Below, piece by piece: positions 44,776-53,603 of a stretch of 64,000 bases of DNA. The stretch covers positions 1,600,001-1,664,000 of the forward strand of contig OZ242029.1 of assembly GCA_965205015.1 (NCBI GenBank). Reading direction: 5' to 3'. The notes under the pieces are model-generated. The model made no database searches and was not told where the DNA came from. It saw only the letters and a program-made list of their open reading frames with translations. Position 1 is the stretch's first letter, and every line of letters begins with the position of its first letter. Made by a program: the position numbers and the translations under genes. This stretch comes from Candidatus Poribacteria bacterium. GTDB taxonomy: Bacteria; Poribacteria; WGA-4E; WGA-3G.

Positions 44776-45915
44776 ATGAAGAAGATTCTTGTCGCAATGA
44801 GCGGTGGCGTAGATAGTTCCGTTACCGCTGCCATGATGGTGGACGCAGGGTATGATGTCACCGGCATCACCATGCGCCTCGGCGCGCCCGATACCATCGA
44901 GGTAGAACCGGAACGTCCTAACTGCTGTTCGCTTGAAGGCATTGAGGATGCACGCCGCGTCGCCACGCAACTCGGCATCCCGTTCTACGGCGTGAATTAC
45001 GAAGACGCTTTCCGCGAACGGATTATCGACTATTTCGTGGAGGAATACCTCGTCGGTAGAACCCCCAGTCCCTGTATGGTATGTAACCGGGAGCTGAAAT
45101 TTGGGAGACTCCTCGACCTTGCCAAAACATTGGAGTGCGATGCAATCGCCACAGGGCACTATGCCCGTATTGAACAGCACCCAGAGACAGAACGCCATCT
45201 CTTACGCAAAGCGCGAGATGTCAGCAAAGACCAATCCTATTTCCTTGCCGCGCTCACACAGGAGCAATTACGCTGCGCGATGATGCCACTCGGTGAATAC
45301 ACGAAGGCTGAAGTCCGTGACCTCGCCCGAAAATATCAACTGCGAACGGCTGAGAAGATTGAGAGTCAAGAACTCTGCTTCGTTGCTGATACCAACTATA
45401 GGCGCTTCCTTCAAGACAGAGTCCCTGAGAAGATTCACGGGGGCGATATTATAGATGAAGAAGGCAATGTTCTCGGTAAGCATGACGGTGTACCGTTTTA
45501 TACCGTCGGGCAACGGCGTGGATTGGGTATCGCAGTCGGGAAACCGCTCTATGTAACGCAGCTCAACGCAACAGACAATACCGTTGTGGTCGGCGAATCC
45601 GATGCCCTTCTTGAGGACACCATGCATGTCGAACGGATTAACCTTATCGCCATTGAGAAATTGACAGAACCGATTCGTGCGCACGTCAAAATCCGATCCC
45701 GTGATGACGGCGGTCCCGCGACAATCACACCTATCGGCGACACAGAAGCAGTCGTGAAGTTTGATGAACCGCGCCGTGCGATTACCCCCGGACAGGCTAC
45801 GGTCTTTTACGATGGGGAATACGTCCTCGGGGGCGGTTGGATTGTAGACGCTCGCGACACCACTGGGGAAGGAGTTTGTAACCCCGAACCTACCCGCAAG
45901 GTCGATTTAAAATAA
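44776..45915 (+). CDS. mnmA: tRNA 2-thiouridine synthase MnmA
   Basis: PP-loop AMSGGVDS, TPSPCMVCN, ATGHY, KDQSYFL, ESQELCF, YTVGQRRGLG and AITPGQ. Confidence 0.96.
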   Translation: MKKILVAMSGGVDSSVTAAMMVDAGYDVTGITMRLGAPDTIEVEPERPNCCSLEGIEDARRVATQLGIPFYGVNYEDAFRERIIDYFVEEYLVGRTPSPCMVCNRELKFGRLLDLAKTLECDAIATGHYARIEQHPETERHLLRKARDVSKDQSYFLAALTQEQLRCAMMPLGEYTKAEVRDLARKYQLRTAEKIESQELCFVADTNYRRFLQDRVPEKIHGGDIIDEEGNVLGKHDGVPFYTVGQRRGLGIAVGKPLYVTQLNATDNTVVVGESDALLEDTMHVERINLIAIEKLTEPIRAHVKIRSRDDGGPATITPIGDTEAVVKFDEPRRAITPGQATVFYDGEYVLGGGWIVDARDTTGEGVCNPEPTRKVDLK

Positions 45916-45961
45916 GCTTGCGACAACGGAGCAAGCGACTCTTGGGAAAGGGGTGTCACAT

Positions 45962-46915
45962 ATGAAACCCACGTCGTTCTCCCGCAAGGTAAATTTAAAA
46001 ATTCTCTGTCTCCTCGGTCCCACAGCAGTTGGCAAAACGGAGATAGCCATTCAACTCGCACAACGGCTCAATGCCGAGATTGTCTCCGTCGATTCCCGCC
46101 AAATCTATCGGCAGATGGACATCGGCACCGCCAAACCTACCCCTGAAGAACAGCAGGCGGCACGGCATCACCTCATAGACTGCGTTGACATTTCCGAACC
46201 CTTCTCCGTTGCCGACTATCAATCCCTCGCAGACATAGCGATTGCCGACATCCAAAACAGGGGGAAGCGGGTGTTGCTCGTTGGCGGGGCAGGACTCTAT
46301 TTCCGAGCGATTGTTGATGGGTTGTTTGAGGGACCCGGAGCCGACCTTTCGCTCCGAAAACGGCTTGAGGCGGAAGCAGCACAACTTGGTGTTAATAACC
46401 TCCACAACCGGCTTCGAGCCTGCGATCCGGAATCTGCCCACCGAATCCATCCGAACAACCTCGTCCGTGTCATCCGTGCTTTAGAGGTCTATAAATTGAC
46501 AGGCACCCCCATGTCTAAACTCCAGCAGCAGTGGCATCCGGAAAAACAGCGGTATCCGTTCATCGCCTTCGGATTCACGATGCCGCGTGCGCTGCTATAC
46601 CGGCGTATTGAACAACGTGTGGATGTGATGCTTGCGAACGGGCTGATAGCGGAGGTTGAATCGTTGTTAGCGATGGGATATGAGCGTGAGACAGTCGCGC
46701 TCCAAAGTTTCGGCTATCGGGAGTTGATCGCGTATCTCGACGGAGACTGCACGTATCTGGAAGCGATCTCTCAGTTGAAACAAAACACCCGTCGATTCGC
46801 CAAGCGACAGTTAACGTGGTTCCGCAAGGACACCCGAATTGAATGGCTGGATCGGGAGTCAACACCTGATGTCATTTCGTATATTTTGAAAAAATTTAGC
46901 GGTGTTTCGCGTTGA
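45962..46915 (+). CDS. miaA: tRNA dimethylallyltransferase
   Basis: Motifs GPTAVGKT, DSRQIYRQMDIGTAKP, VGGAGLY, RVIRALE and FAKRQLTWFR. The exact start is uncertain because it lies in a repeat. Confidence 0.95.
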   Translation: MKPTSFSRKVNLKILCLLGPTAVGKTEIAIQLAQRLNAEIVSVDSRQIYRQMDIGTAKPTPEEQQAARHHLIDCVDISEPFSVADYQSLADIAIADIQNRGKRVLLVGGAGLYFRAIVDGLFEGPGADLSLRKRLEAEAAQLGVNNLHNRLRACDPESAHRIHPNNLVRVIRALEVYKLTGTPMSKLQQQWHPEKQRYPFIAFGFTMPRALLYRRIEQRVDVMLANGLIAEVESLLAMGYERETVALQSFGYRELIAYLDGDCTYLEAISQLKQNTRRFAKRQLTWFRKDTRIEWLDRESTPDVISYILKKFSGVSR

Positions 46916-46968
46916 CTTCATTGCTCCAATCTGCTACACTCAATTGCCGAGGCGTTGGAGGAGAAAAA

Positions 46969-48615
46969 ATGAGACGTTTTGGGACACAGGGACCCGTTAA
47001 TCCGCAAGAGCACTACGTTGTTGCGCGGACCGAGGAGATCGCCGATTTCATCGAACGTGTTGAAGGAGGTAAATATATTGTCTTGTTTGCCCCCCGCCAA
47101 ACAGGCAAAACTACCTTCTTTCAGGCTGCGTTGGAAACGCTCACGATCGGTAACGCTGCTACCGCTCAAGCCGAATCCGCTTCAAAGTTCACCTATTTCC
47201 CTATTCAACTGAATTTTGATGTGTATAAGAACACGTCTGTTGCCGATTTTTATGCCAACCTTTACCAAGATATTTGCGAAGAAATTGAGAACTTGTTCCA
47301 ACGACGCGGCGGAACACCGCCTGAGGCTTTAAGTCAATTGTTGGCAGACACAAAACTAACCGACCATCACGCAATGCGGCGGTTTTTTAGACACCTCGCG
47401 CGTTTCCTAACGCCCCAGAAATTCGTCTTAATCATTGACGAGTTTGATGGCATCCCACCCGCTGCTCTGAGCGATTTTCTTCATACCCTCCGTCATATCT
47501 ACATTTCCGGTAAACCTCGGTGCCCACACAGTGTCGGTATCATTGGCGTTAAGAGTATCGCGCAACTCAACTACGACCGATCTATCTCTCCCTTCAATAT
47601 CCAAGATGAGTTCCATCTGCCCAACTTTACCCTCGAACAGGTGCAGGAACTGCTTGGACAATATACAGACGAAGTCGGACAACCCTTCGTCCCAGAAGTT
47701 ATAACCTCTATTCATCAGCAGACTGCCGGGCAACCTGTGCTTGTCAACCGATTCGCGCAGATTCTCACCGAAGAGTTGGACATTCCGAGGACCGAGCCGA
47801 TTACCATGGCTCGCTTTTCAGAGGCACACACGGAGCTCCTTCATGGACAGAATACTAACATTGAGCATCTAACCACTAATATCCGCAAAAACCCACGCTT
47901 TGAAAGCGTTCTGATGCGCATTATGGCACGTGATGAAGGTGTGGACTTCAATATGGACGATGACATTATCAGTGAACTCGCCATGTATGGGGTCATCAGG
48001 AGAGCTACTGATGGTATGTGTGAAATTCTCAACCCGATCTATCTGTATCGTATCATGAGAACCTTTAAACCGACAGTGAATGGGTTGGAGCATGAGTACC
48101 TTTCCAGTGGAAGCAGTGAAGACTTTCTCAAGTATATTACGCCGACCGGACAGATTGATATGGCAGCATTGCTTGACAACTTTCGAGATTTCATTGTCCG
48201 TGTCGGGTTCCAAATTTTACAGGTGCCTGATACGCCACAAGAGTCCGTTGGAAGGCATCTCTTACTTGCATATCTCGACCAGTTTGTTAAACTTATCGGT
48301 GGTTTTATGCATATTGAAGTGCAAACCGGCAGGGGCAGGATGGACCTTATCATCACCCACAATCAGCGAAAGTATATCATAGAAACGAAAATTTGGAGAG
48401 GCGACAATCGTTATCAGGCAGGCAAAAAGCAACTCGCATCCTATCTCAGTTCTGAAGGTCTAACAGAAGGATACTACGTTGTCTTTGACCATCGACAGGA
48501 CCCGGAACCGCGAGTAGAGATGGAAATGGTAGAGGGTTTAACGGTTCGGAGTTACATCATTCCTGTGATGCAAGAACCACCTTCAAGCGTCCCAGATCCC
48601 CGCAGCAGACGTTAA
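46969..48615 (+). CDS. AAA-like ATPase with C-terminal PD-(D/E)XK nuclease-like domain
   Basis: Walker A APRQTGKT, Walker B IIDEFD, 'SPFNI', and C-terminal 'E...GRGRMDLII...IIETK'; SD GGAGGAG. Confidence 0.82.
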   Translation: MRRFGTQGPVNPQEHYVVARTEEIADFIERVEGGKYIVLFAPRQTGKTTFFQAALETLTIGNAATAQAESASKFTYFPIQLNFDVYKNTSVADFYANLYQDICEEIENLFQRRGGTPPEALSQLLADTKLTDHHAMRRFFRHLARFLTPQKFVLIIDEFDGIPPAALSDFLHTLRHIYISGKPRCPHSVGIIGVKSIAQLNYDRSISPFNIQDEFHLPNFTLEQVQELLGQYTDEVGQPFVPEVITSIHQQTAGQPVLVNRFAQILTEELDIPRTEPITMARFSEAHTELLHGQNTNIEHLTTNIRKNPRFESVLMRIMARDEGVDFNMDDDIISELAMYGVIRRATDGMCEILNPIYLYRIMRTFKPTVNGLEHEYLSSGSSEDFLKYITPTGQIDMAALLDNFRDFIVRVGFQILQVPDTPQESVGRHLLLAYLDQFVKLIGGFMHIEVQTGRGRMDLIITHNQRKYIIETKIWRGDNRYQAGKKQLASYLSSEGLTEGYYVVFDHRQDPEPRVEMEMVEGLTVRSYIIPVMQEPPSSVPDPRSRR

Positions 48616-48803
48616 TTAGGTAAGGACGATTCGTTATTCGCTGTGTTTTTATAGCACAAATTTTATGAAGATTAACGGTAATTGACGGGCAATAAATGGT
48701 CTCCCTACTACAAACAGATAGGTTCGTAGTCGTGCGATTCATCGCGCGTTTAGAAAATATCAGCTGATATAATTGTTGGCAATTATATCAATGGAGGAAA
48801 AAG

Positions 48804-49016
48804 ATGCAACAGAACTACACTGCTGTCATCCAACAGAGCAACGGTTGGTGGATCGGGTGGGTGCAAGAGATTCCGGGTGTTAATTGTCAAGAACGGACCA
48901 GAGATGAACTGCTGGTTGCTTTAGAGATTACACTTCGCGAAACGACAGTCTACAATCGGGAAGAGGTTCTGCGAGCAGCAGAAAATCAACATGAGGAAGT
49001 AATCATCCAAATTTAG
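48804..49016 (+). CDS. hicB: HicB-family antitoxin (short form)
   Basis: 'YTAVIQQSNGWWIGWVQEIPGVNCQERTRDELL' matches the HicB pattern; SD GGAGG. Confidence 0.85.
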   Translation: MQQNYTAVIQQSNGWWIGWVQEIPGVNCQERTRDELLVALEITLRETTVYNREEVLRAAENQHEEVIIQI

Positions 49017-49055
49017 TTCGTGCGCGGAGAATCGGATCTGTTTTGCTTTACGTTT

Positions 49056-49246
49056 ATGAGACGAAGAGCACTCATTAAACATCTCAGAGAACACGGTTGC
49101 TATTTTCTGCGGGAAGGCGGCCGATACTCGCGGTGGGGAATTCCGTACAGGGTATCAAAACTTCAACTTCCGTGCCGAGACACAACGAGATTGCCGAGTC
49201 GCTTGTCGCGAAAATCTGCAAAGATTTAAAAATCCCAGAACCATAA
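49056..49246 (+). pseudogene. hicA: HicA-family mRNA interferase, frameshifted
   Basis: MRRRALIKHLREHGCYFLREGGRYSRW continues in another frame as TSTSVPRHNEIAESLVAKICKDLKIPEP*. The usual catalytic His of GGxH is Tyr. Confidence 0.8.
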
Positions 49247-49259
49247 CTCACGAAATATC

Positions 49260-51758
49260 TCAAGACCGCTCTAAGATTCCATGTTCTTTGCAATAATCAC
49301 GAATAATTGGTAAGAAATCATCTGCATACTTTTCAGTTTTTACAGGACCAATACCGTGAATCTGCATAAATTCGTCTTTGGTTTGGGGGAAAAAAGTCGC
49401 CATCACTTCCAACGTTTTGTTTGAAAAGACAACAAACGCCGGAACGTCTTCTGCATCAGCAATCATTTTGCGTTTGTTTCGAAGTTGCTCAAAAAGTTCC
49501 AGAGCGTATGCGTGCGGTTCTTCAGATGCTGTCTCAGATGTATTCAGTGCTTCGGTCTCCACCGGTAATCCCCAAAACTGATCGCTTCTGTTAAGCACAC
49601 CCCACCCCTTCTGTGTCACGCGGAGACTGCCGTGTCGGGCATCTCGCTCCAGAAGTTTGTGCTGGAGAAATTGGAGAGACAAATATCGCCATTGTGTTTT
49701 ACTGTAATCTGTGCCAATTCCATGCGTGGAGAGTTGATCATGCCTGTTATTCAGGATTTTTTTTTGTTGCGAACCCCGCAATACATCAATAATATACGCT
49801 TCTCCAAACAGCTGGCCTGTCCGCAGAACGCAGGAAAGAAATTTTTGCGCCGAAGTCGTCAAATCAATCCGTTCCATTTCCGAGTTGCGGCAGTTATCAC
49901 ACATCCCACAATTCTGATTTTCGTATTGCTCCCCGAAATAGGCTAACAACACTTTTCGGCGGCATGCTATTGATGTTGCCCACGAAACAAGCGTCCGCAA
50001 TCGTTCCTGTCGTCCCTGTCTTTCGGATGATGCCCCTTGATTGATGAAGTATTCGATAGTGTCCACGTCACCATAACTGAATAACAAGAGGCAGTCTGCT
50101 GGAAGTCCATCGCGTCCACTGCGTCCAATCTCTTGATAGTAAGATTCCGGTTCCTTCGGCAAACCCGCATGTAGCACAAAACGGACATCTGCTTTATCGA
50201 TACCCATACCGAAGGCGATCGTGGCGACTATCACTTGGATATCACCCTTAATGAAAGCGTCCTGATTTTGTTTGCGGATTTCGTCATCTAAATCTGCGTG
50301 ATAGGGAAGGACAGAAATCTGTCTGGCGGTTAGATCGCGGCATAAGGATTCAACCTGTTTGATCGTTTGACAATAGATAATGCCGGGTTCTTGGCGATGC
50401 TTATGGAGAAACGCAAGGGTCTGATCAAACAATTCAACCTTCGGCTCAACAGCGATAAAGAGGTTTTCTCGATTAAAACTTCCAATGAACTCATGTCGTT
50501 CGTCGAACTTAAGTAATTTTTTAATGTCTCTTCGAACTCGCGGCGTTGCAGTGGCAGTGAGGGCAAGGCAAACCGCACTTTGGAATCGTTCGCGGATAGA
50601 AACCAATTCTCGATAATCCGGACGAAAATCGTGTCCCCACTGTGAAATGCAGTGCGCTTCATCAATCGCAAGACAGGCGACATCTGCTTCATCAAGCATT
50701 ATGCGTATTTCAGACTTCATGAGCGTTTCAGGTGCAAGATAAAGCAATTTGATTTCACCCTGTTTGACCGCCTGCATTGTGGCAACGTATTCAGCATTTC
50801 CGACAGTATGGTTAAGAAAAGCCGCACGAATACCACGGTTTGTCAACTGCATCACCTGGTCCTGCATGAGCGAAATCAGTGGAGAAACGACTACGGTCAT
50901 ACCCTCAAAAATGAGCGCGGGCAATTGATAGCAAAGCGACTTCCCACCACCTGTTGGTAGAACAACCAGCGCATCTTGTCCTTTGAGAATGTGATTAATA
51001 ATATCTTCCTGAAATGGACGGAATTCCGTATGCTTGAAAATATTTTCGAGAATCTCTAAAGGGGATCGTGTCAATATTTGAGGGAGTGGGAGTTTCTCTT
51101 CATGGGAAGGTTTCTGTTCTTTCTGTTTTACCGCTTCGAGAAACCAACCCGAAATTTGCGCGTAGCAACGCTCACCTACTTCTGGTATATCTTCTGGTTT
51201 CCACCAATGTGCTAAAGATACACGCAAGAGCGTCCCGGTAGGAAGGGTCTCAGGAGGTTCCTGAAAACCCGCAAAAGTAAATGTGCAACCGCCGTTTTCG
51301 GTGGGGTAGCGATACCGGACCTTCCGCCCCTCCGTATCGCGAGTGAGAGGCTGGTCGGTTCGCCAAAATATAGTACTGTAGGGTGGAATGCCGCTCCGCT
51401 TGGCAATGTGAAGTCTACCACGCGCAGTGTTTTGCAATAAACCTTCATAGAGGACTCGTGGATGCCCAGTTTTCGGCGGCATTAAAAGTTCAATCGCACT
51501 CACCAGGTCTTTCATGTTTTCTGTGGTGTGGAGACGCGATTTCTTATGCACGACAAAGTTTTCATTGTGCGGTGGAATCAACGAAGTTTCGGGTTCTCCC
51601 GTAATCTCCCAAATATCACCAACCTCATATTCCCGATTCGCGCCGTCATGTGGATCAGCATTGAACGGAACCAGCCGGACGCTTTCCCCTTTTTGTGTAA
51701 TCGCGCCGATACACGCACCACTTCCCATTCGGGTTTTCGCAACAATGAGGACTCTCAC
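49260..51758 (-). CDS. recQ: RecQ-family DNA helicase with an extra ~210-aa N-terminal (dual OB-fold-like) domain
   Basis: Motifs PTGGGKSLCYQLP, DEAHCISQWGHDFRP, ATIAFGMGID, YYQEIGRSGRDG, Zn site CRR...CGMCDNC, plus RQC and HRDC regions. The N-terminus 'VAKTRMGSGACIGA...VRLV...GDIWEI...HNEN' is not part of canonical RecQ. Confidence 0.88.
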   Translation of the reverse strand: MRVLIVAKTRMGSGACIGAITQKGESVRLVPFNADPHDGANREYEVGDIWEITGEPETSLIPPHNENFVVHKKSRLHTTENMKDLVSAIELLMPPKTGHPRVLYEGLLQNTARGRLHIAKRSGIPPYSTIFWRTDQPLTRDTEGRKVRYRYPTENGGCTFTFAGFQEPPETLPTGTLLRVSLAHWWKPEDIPEVGERCYAQISGWFLEAVKQKEQKPSHEEKLPLPQILTRSPLEILENIFKHTEFRPFQEDIINHILKGQDALVVLPTGGGKSLCYQLPALIFEGMTVVVSPLISLMQDQVMQLTNRGIRAAFLNHTVGNAEYVATMQAVKQGEIKLLYLAPETLMKSEIRIMLDEADVACLAIDEAHCISQWGHDFRPDYRELVSIRERFQSAVCLALTATATPRVRRDIKKLLKFDERHEFIGSFNRENLFIAVEPKVELFDQTLAFLHKHRQEPGIIYCQTIKQVESLCRDLTARQISVLPYHADLDDEIRKQNQDAFIKGDIQVIVATIAFGMGIDKADVRFVLHAGLPKEPESYYQEIGRSGRDGLPADCLLLFSYGDVDTIEYFINQGASSERQGRQERLRTLVSWATSIACRRKVLLAYFGEQYENQNCGMCDNCRNSEMERIDLTTSAQKFLSCVLRTGQLFGEAYIIDVLRGSQQKKILNNRHDQLSTHGIGTDYSKTQWRYLSLQFLQHKLLERDARHGSLRVTQKGWGVLNRSDQFWGLPVETEALNTSETASEEPHAYALELFEQLRNKRKMIADAEDVPAFVVFSNKTLEVMATFFPQTKDEFMQIHGIGPVKTEKYADDFLPIIRDYCKEHGILERS

Positions 51759-52243
51759 GGTAAAATGTCTTCGACCTCCAAATCGAGGGTTTTCGCTAAT
51801 TTAGCCGCGACCAAGGAGCGGTGACATGCCTCCGGTGCGGTTTCTACACAAAAGAGAGCAACGACTTTGGCATCCGATTCCAGTTCATCCAACAGACTTT
51901 GGGGTTCAAATTCGGCAAGGCATTCAGTCTGATAGGCTTCAATAAACGCTTCTCCCAATGTGGTGCGTTTGCGTTTAGCCGTTTTGCTTGCTTTATCGGC
52001 CGCTGCCTGTTTCTCTCGGACGGTTTTCGTTGGACCGAGGTCTTTTCGGTAGATATATCGGATGCCGAGTTCTGATAGACGCGCTTGCAGTCGCACACTG
52101 TTGGCGAATGCATAAGTTGCACCGCGGAGACCGCGCCGACTACGGATATCGCAAAATGTATCGACCTCTGCCTGGCAGAGTGCCTCAAAAAAACCGGATT
52201 CGTCAAAGCCGTATACACCGATGGTAACAATTTTAATTTTCAT
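51755..52243 (-). CDS. DUF488 family protein
   Basis: Motifs TIGVYG, CDIR, 'L...GIRY...DLG' and ALFCVE...CHRSLVA; overlaps the recQ start (GTGA). Confidence 0.85.
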   Translation of the reverse strand: MKIKIVTIGVYGFDESGFFEALCQAEVDTFCDIRSRRGLRGATYAFANSVRLQARLSELGIRYIYRKDLGPTKTVREKQAAADKASKTAKRKRTTLGEAFIEAYQTECLAEFEPQSLLDELESDAKVVALFCVETAPEACHRSLVAAKLAKTLDLEVEDILP

Positions 52244-52254
52244 AGTGGATAGAA

Positions 52255-52809
52255 TTATGTGTATTTTTTTCGAGAATGAAACGTCTCTTCGCCAAACATT
52301 GACAATTGTCCACCCGTCAGACGTTCAACGACTTGCTCCTGTGTCACTTGGACGTCATTTTCGTCGATGTGGATGACCGGTATATCCTGTGTTGTAAGGG
52401 TCGCACCGATAAGTTTACATCGGTGGCACTCCTCTGGTTTCCCTTCACTGCACATCAAGACAACAGAGTGTTGTTGCGAGAAGGCAGTGTGCAGGCGTTC
52501 AATACCGCGTTGGTAGTATTCCCTCTCTTTGACCTTTTCGTAGTCAAGTCTTCCGTTGACGTAACACGTTTCGTCGTCGGGTCTACCACCGAGTGTGTCT
52601 CCCATGAACACATATCGGATGCCGTGCTGTTCGAGTTCCTTCGCTAACGCGGCTTTGGCGAATTCCGGTTTATAGCGTGAATAGGGGGCGGAGCGGACAT
52701 CGATAAGGTAGGCGATCTCATGCCGATGCAGCACTTCGATAAATTCTGCAATCGAACGACTTCCGTAGCCTATGGTATAGATTGGAATGGGCCTAAGTGA
52801 TCTTTCCAT
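52255..52809 (-). CDS. DUF488 family protein
   Basis: Motifs IYTIGYG, IDVRSAPYSR, GIRYVFMGDTLGGRP and LMCSEGKPEECHR. Confidence 0.9.
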   Translation of the reverse strand: MERSLRPIPIYTIGYGSRSIAEFIEVLHRHEIAYLIDVRSAPYSRYKPEFAKAALAKELEQHGIRYVFMGDTLGGRPDDETCYVNGRLDYEKVKEREYYQRGIERLHTAFSQQHSVVLMCSEGKPEECHRCKLIGATLTTQDIPVIHIDENDVQVTQEQVVERLTGGQLSMFGEETFHSRKKYT

Positions 52810-52861
52810 AATAGATATATCATATCACAGGGTCCCCGAAAAGGCAATTGAATCCTGCTGT

Positions 52862-53545
52862 TTAAAATAAAGAGGCTACCACCCGAAAGCCGATGTCTAC
52901 CAGCCAGACCAACACGATTAACCACTCCACTCTTTTTCTTTTTAGATCGGCAACAATTGCGACCCCCACTGAAAGGACAATAAGATACCATAGCGCAAAT
53001 GGAGTCATCTGACTGAGAAGCGTAAGCTTCAGAGTTCCGAGGGGGTGGTCTCCGAAGAGAAGATGGAGCCCCGGAATCATTTGGAGGTCTATCGGCGTTT
53101 GGACATCATTAATGTCCTTGAAACCTAACAACAGCACTGCATTGATGAGATTTGAAAGGACCAGAATTAATTCCACATGCACCACAACGGCGAACTTTTG
53201 CTTAAATTTCAACGCCTGCTGGCTCCCGAGGAATTGGGAACCGAAATAGAGTATTCCGGCAGAAATTAAACATTTGGCGAACAATAAAAACGGCGTAAAG
53301 AGAAGGGTTAGAAAGCTCAGTCTCTCTACAGTTGTTTGATTTTGTTCGATGTGAGGTGCATCAAGACCGGGTTCGAGCATTTTAATCTGTTGTGAAAATG
53401 GCAAAACTGCCCACGCAATGCCGATGGACACCAAAGCGATAATGATGAACGCTTTAAACCCGTCGGGTTGATCCTTTAGCACCCGAAACGCTGCGCTCGG
53501 TTTACCGATAATATTTGCGAAAATCTTCAATGTCCGATACATCAT
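52862..53545 (-). CDS. Yip1-like multi-pass membrane protein
   Basis: N-terminal 'IIGKPSAAFRVLKDQP' followed by about five hydrophobic segments. Confidence 0.7.
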   Translation of the reverse strand: MMYRTLKIFANIIGKPSAAFRVLKDQPDGFKAFIIIALVSIGIAWAVLPFSQQIKMLEPGLDAPHIEQNQTTVERLSFLTLLFTPFLLFAKCLISAGILYFGSQFLGSQQALKFKQKFAVVVHVELILVLSNLINAVLLLGFKDINDVQTPIDLQMIPGLHLLFGDHPLGTLKLTLLSQMTPFALWYLIVLSVGVAIVADLKRKRVEWLIVLVWLVDIGFRVVASLF

Positions 53546-53603
53546 AGACCTCTTTTGCTGTTTGGAGCCAGTTCAGCTGTTAGCATCTTCTGGGACACGT
53601 TTA

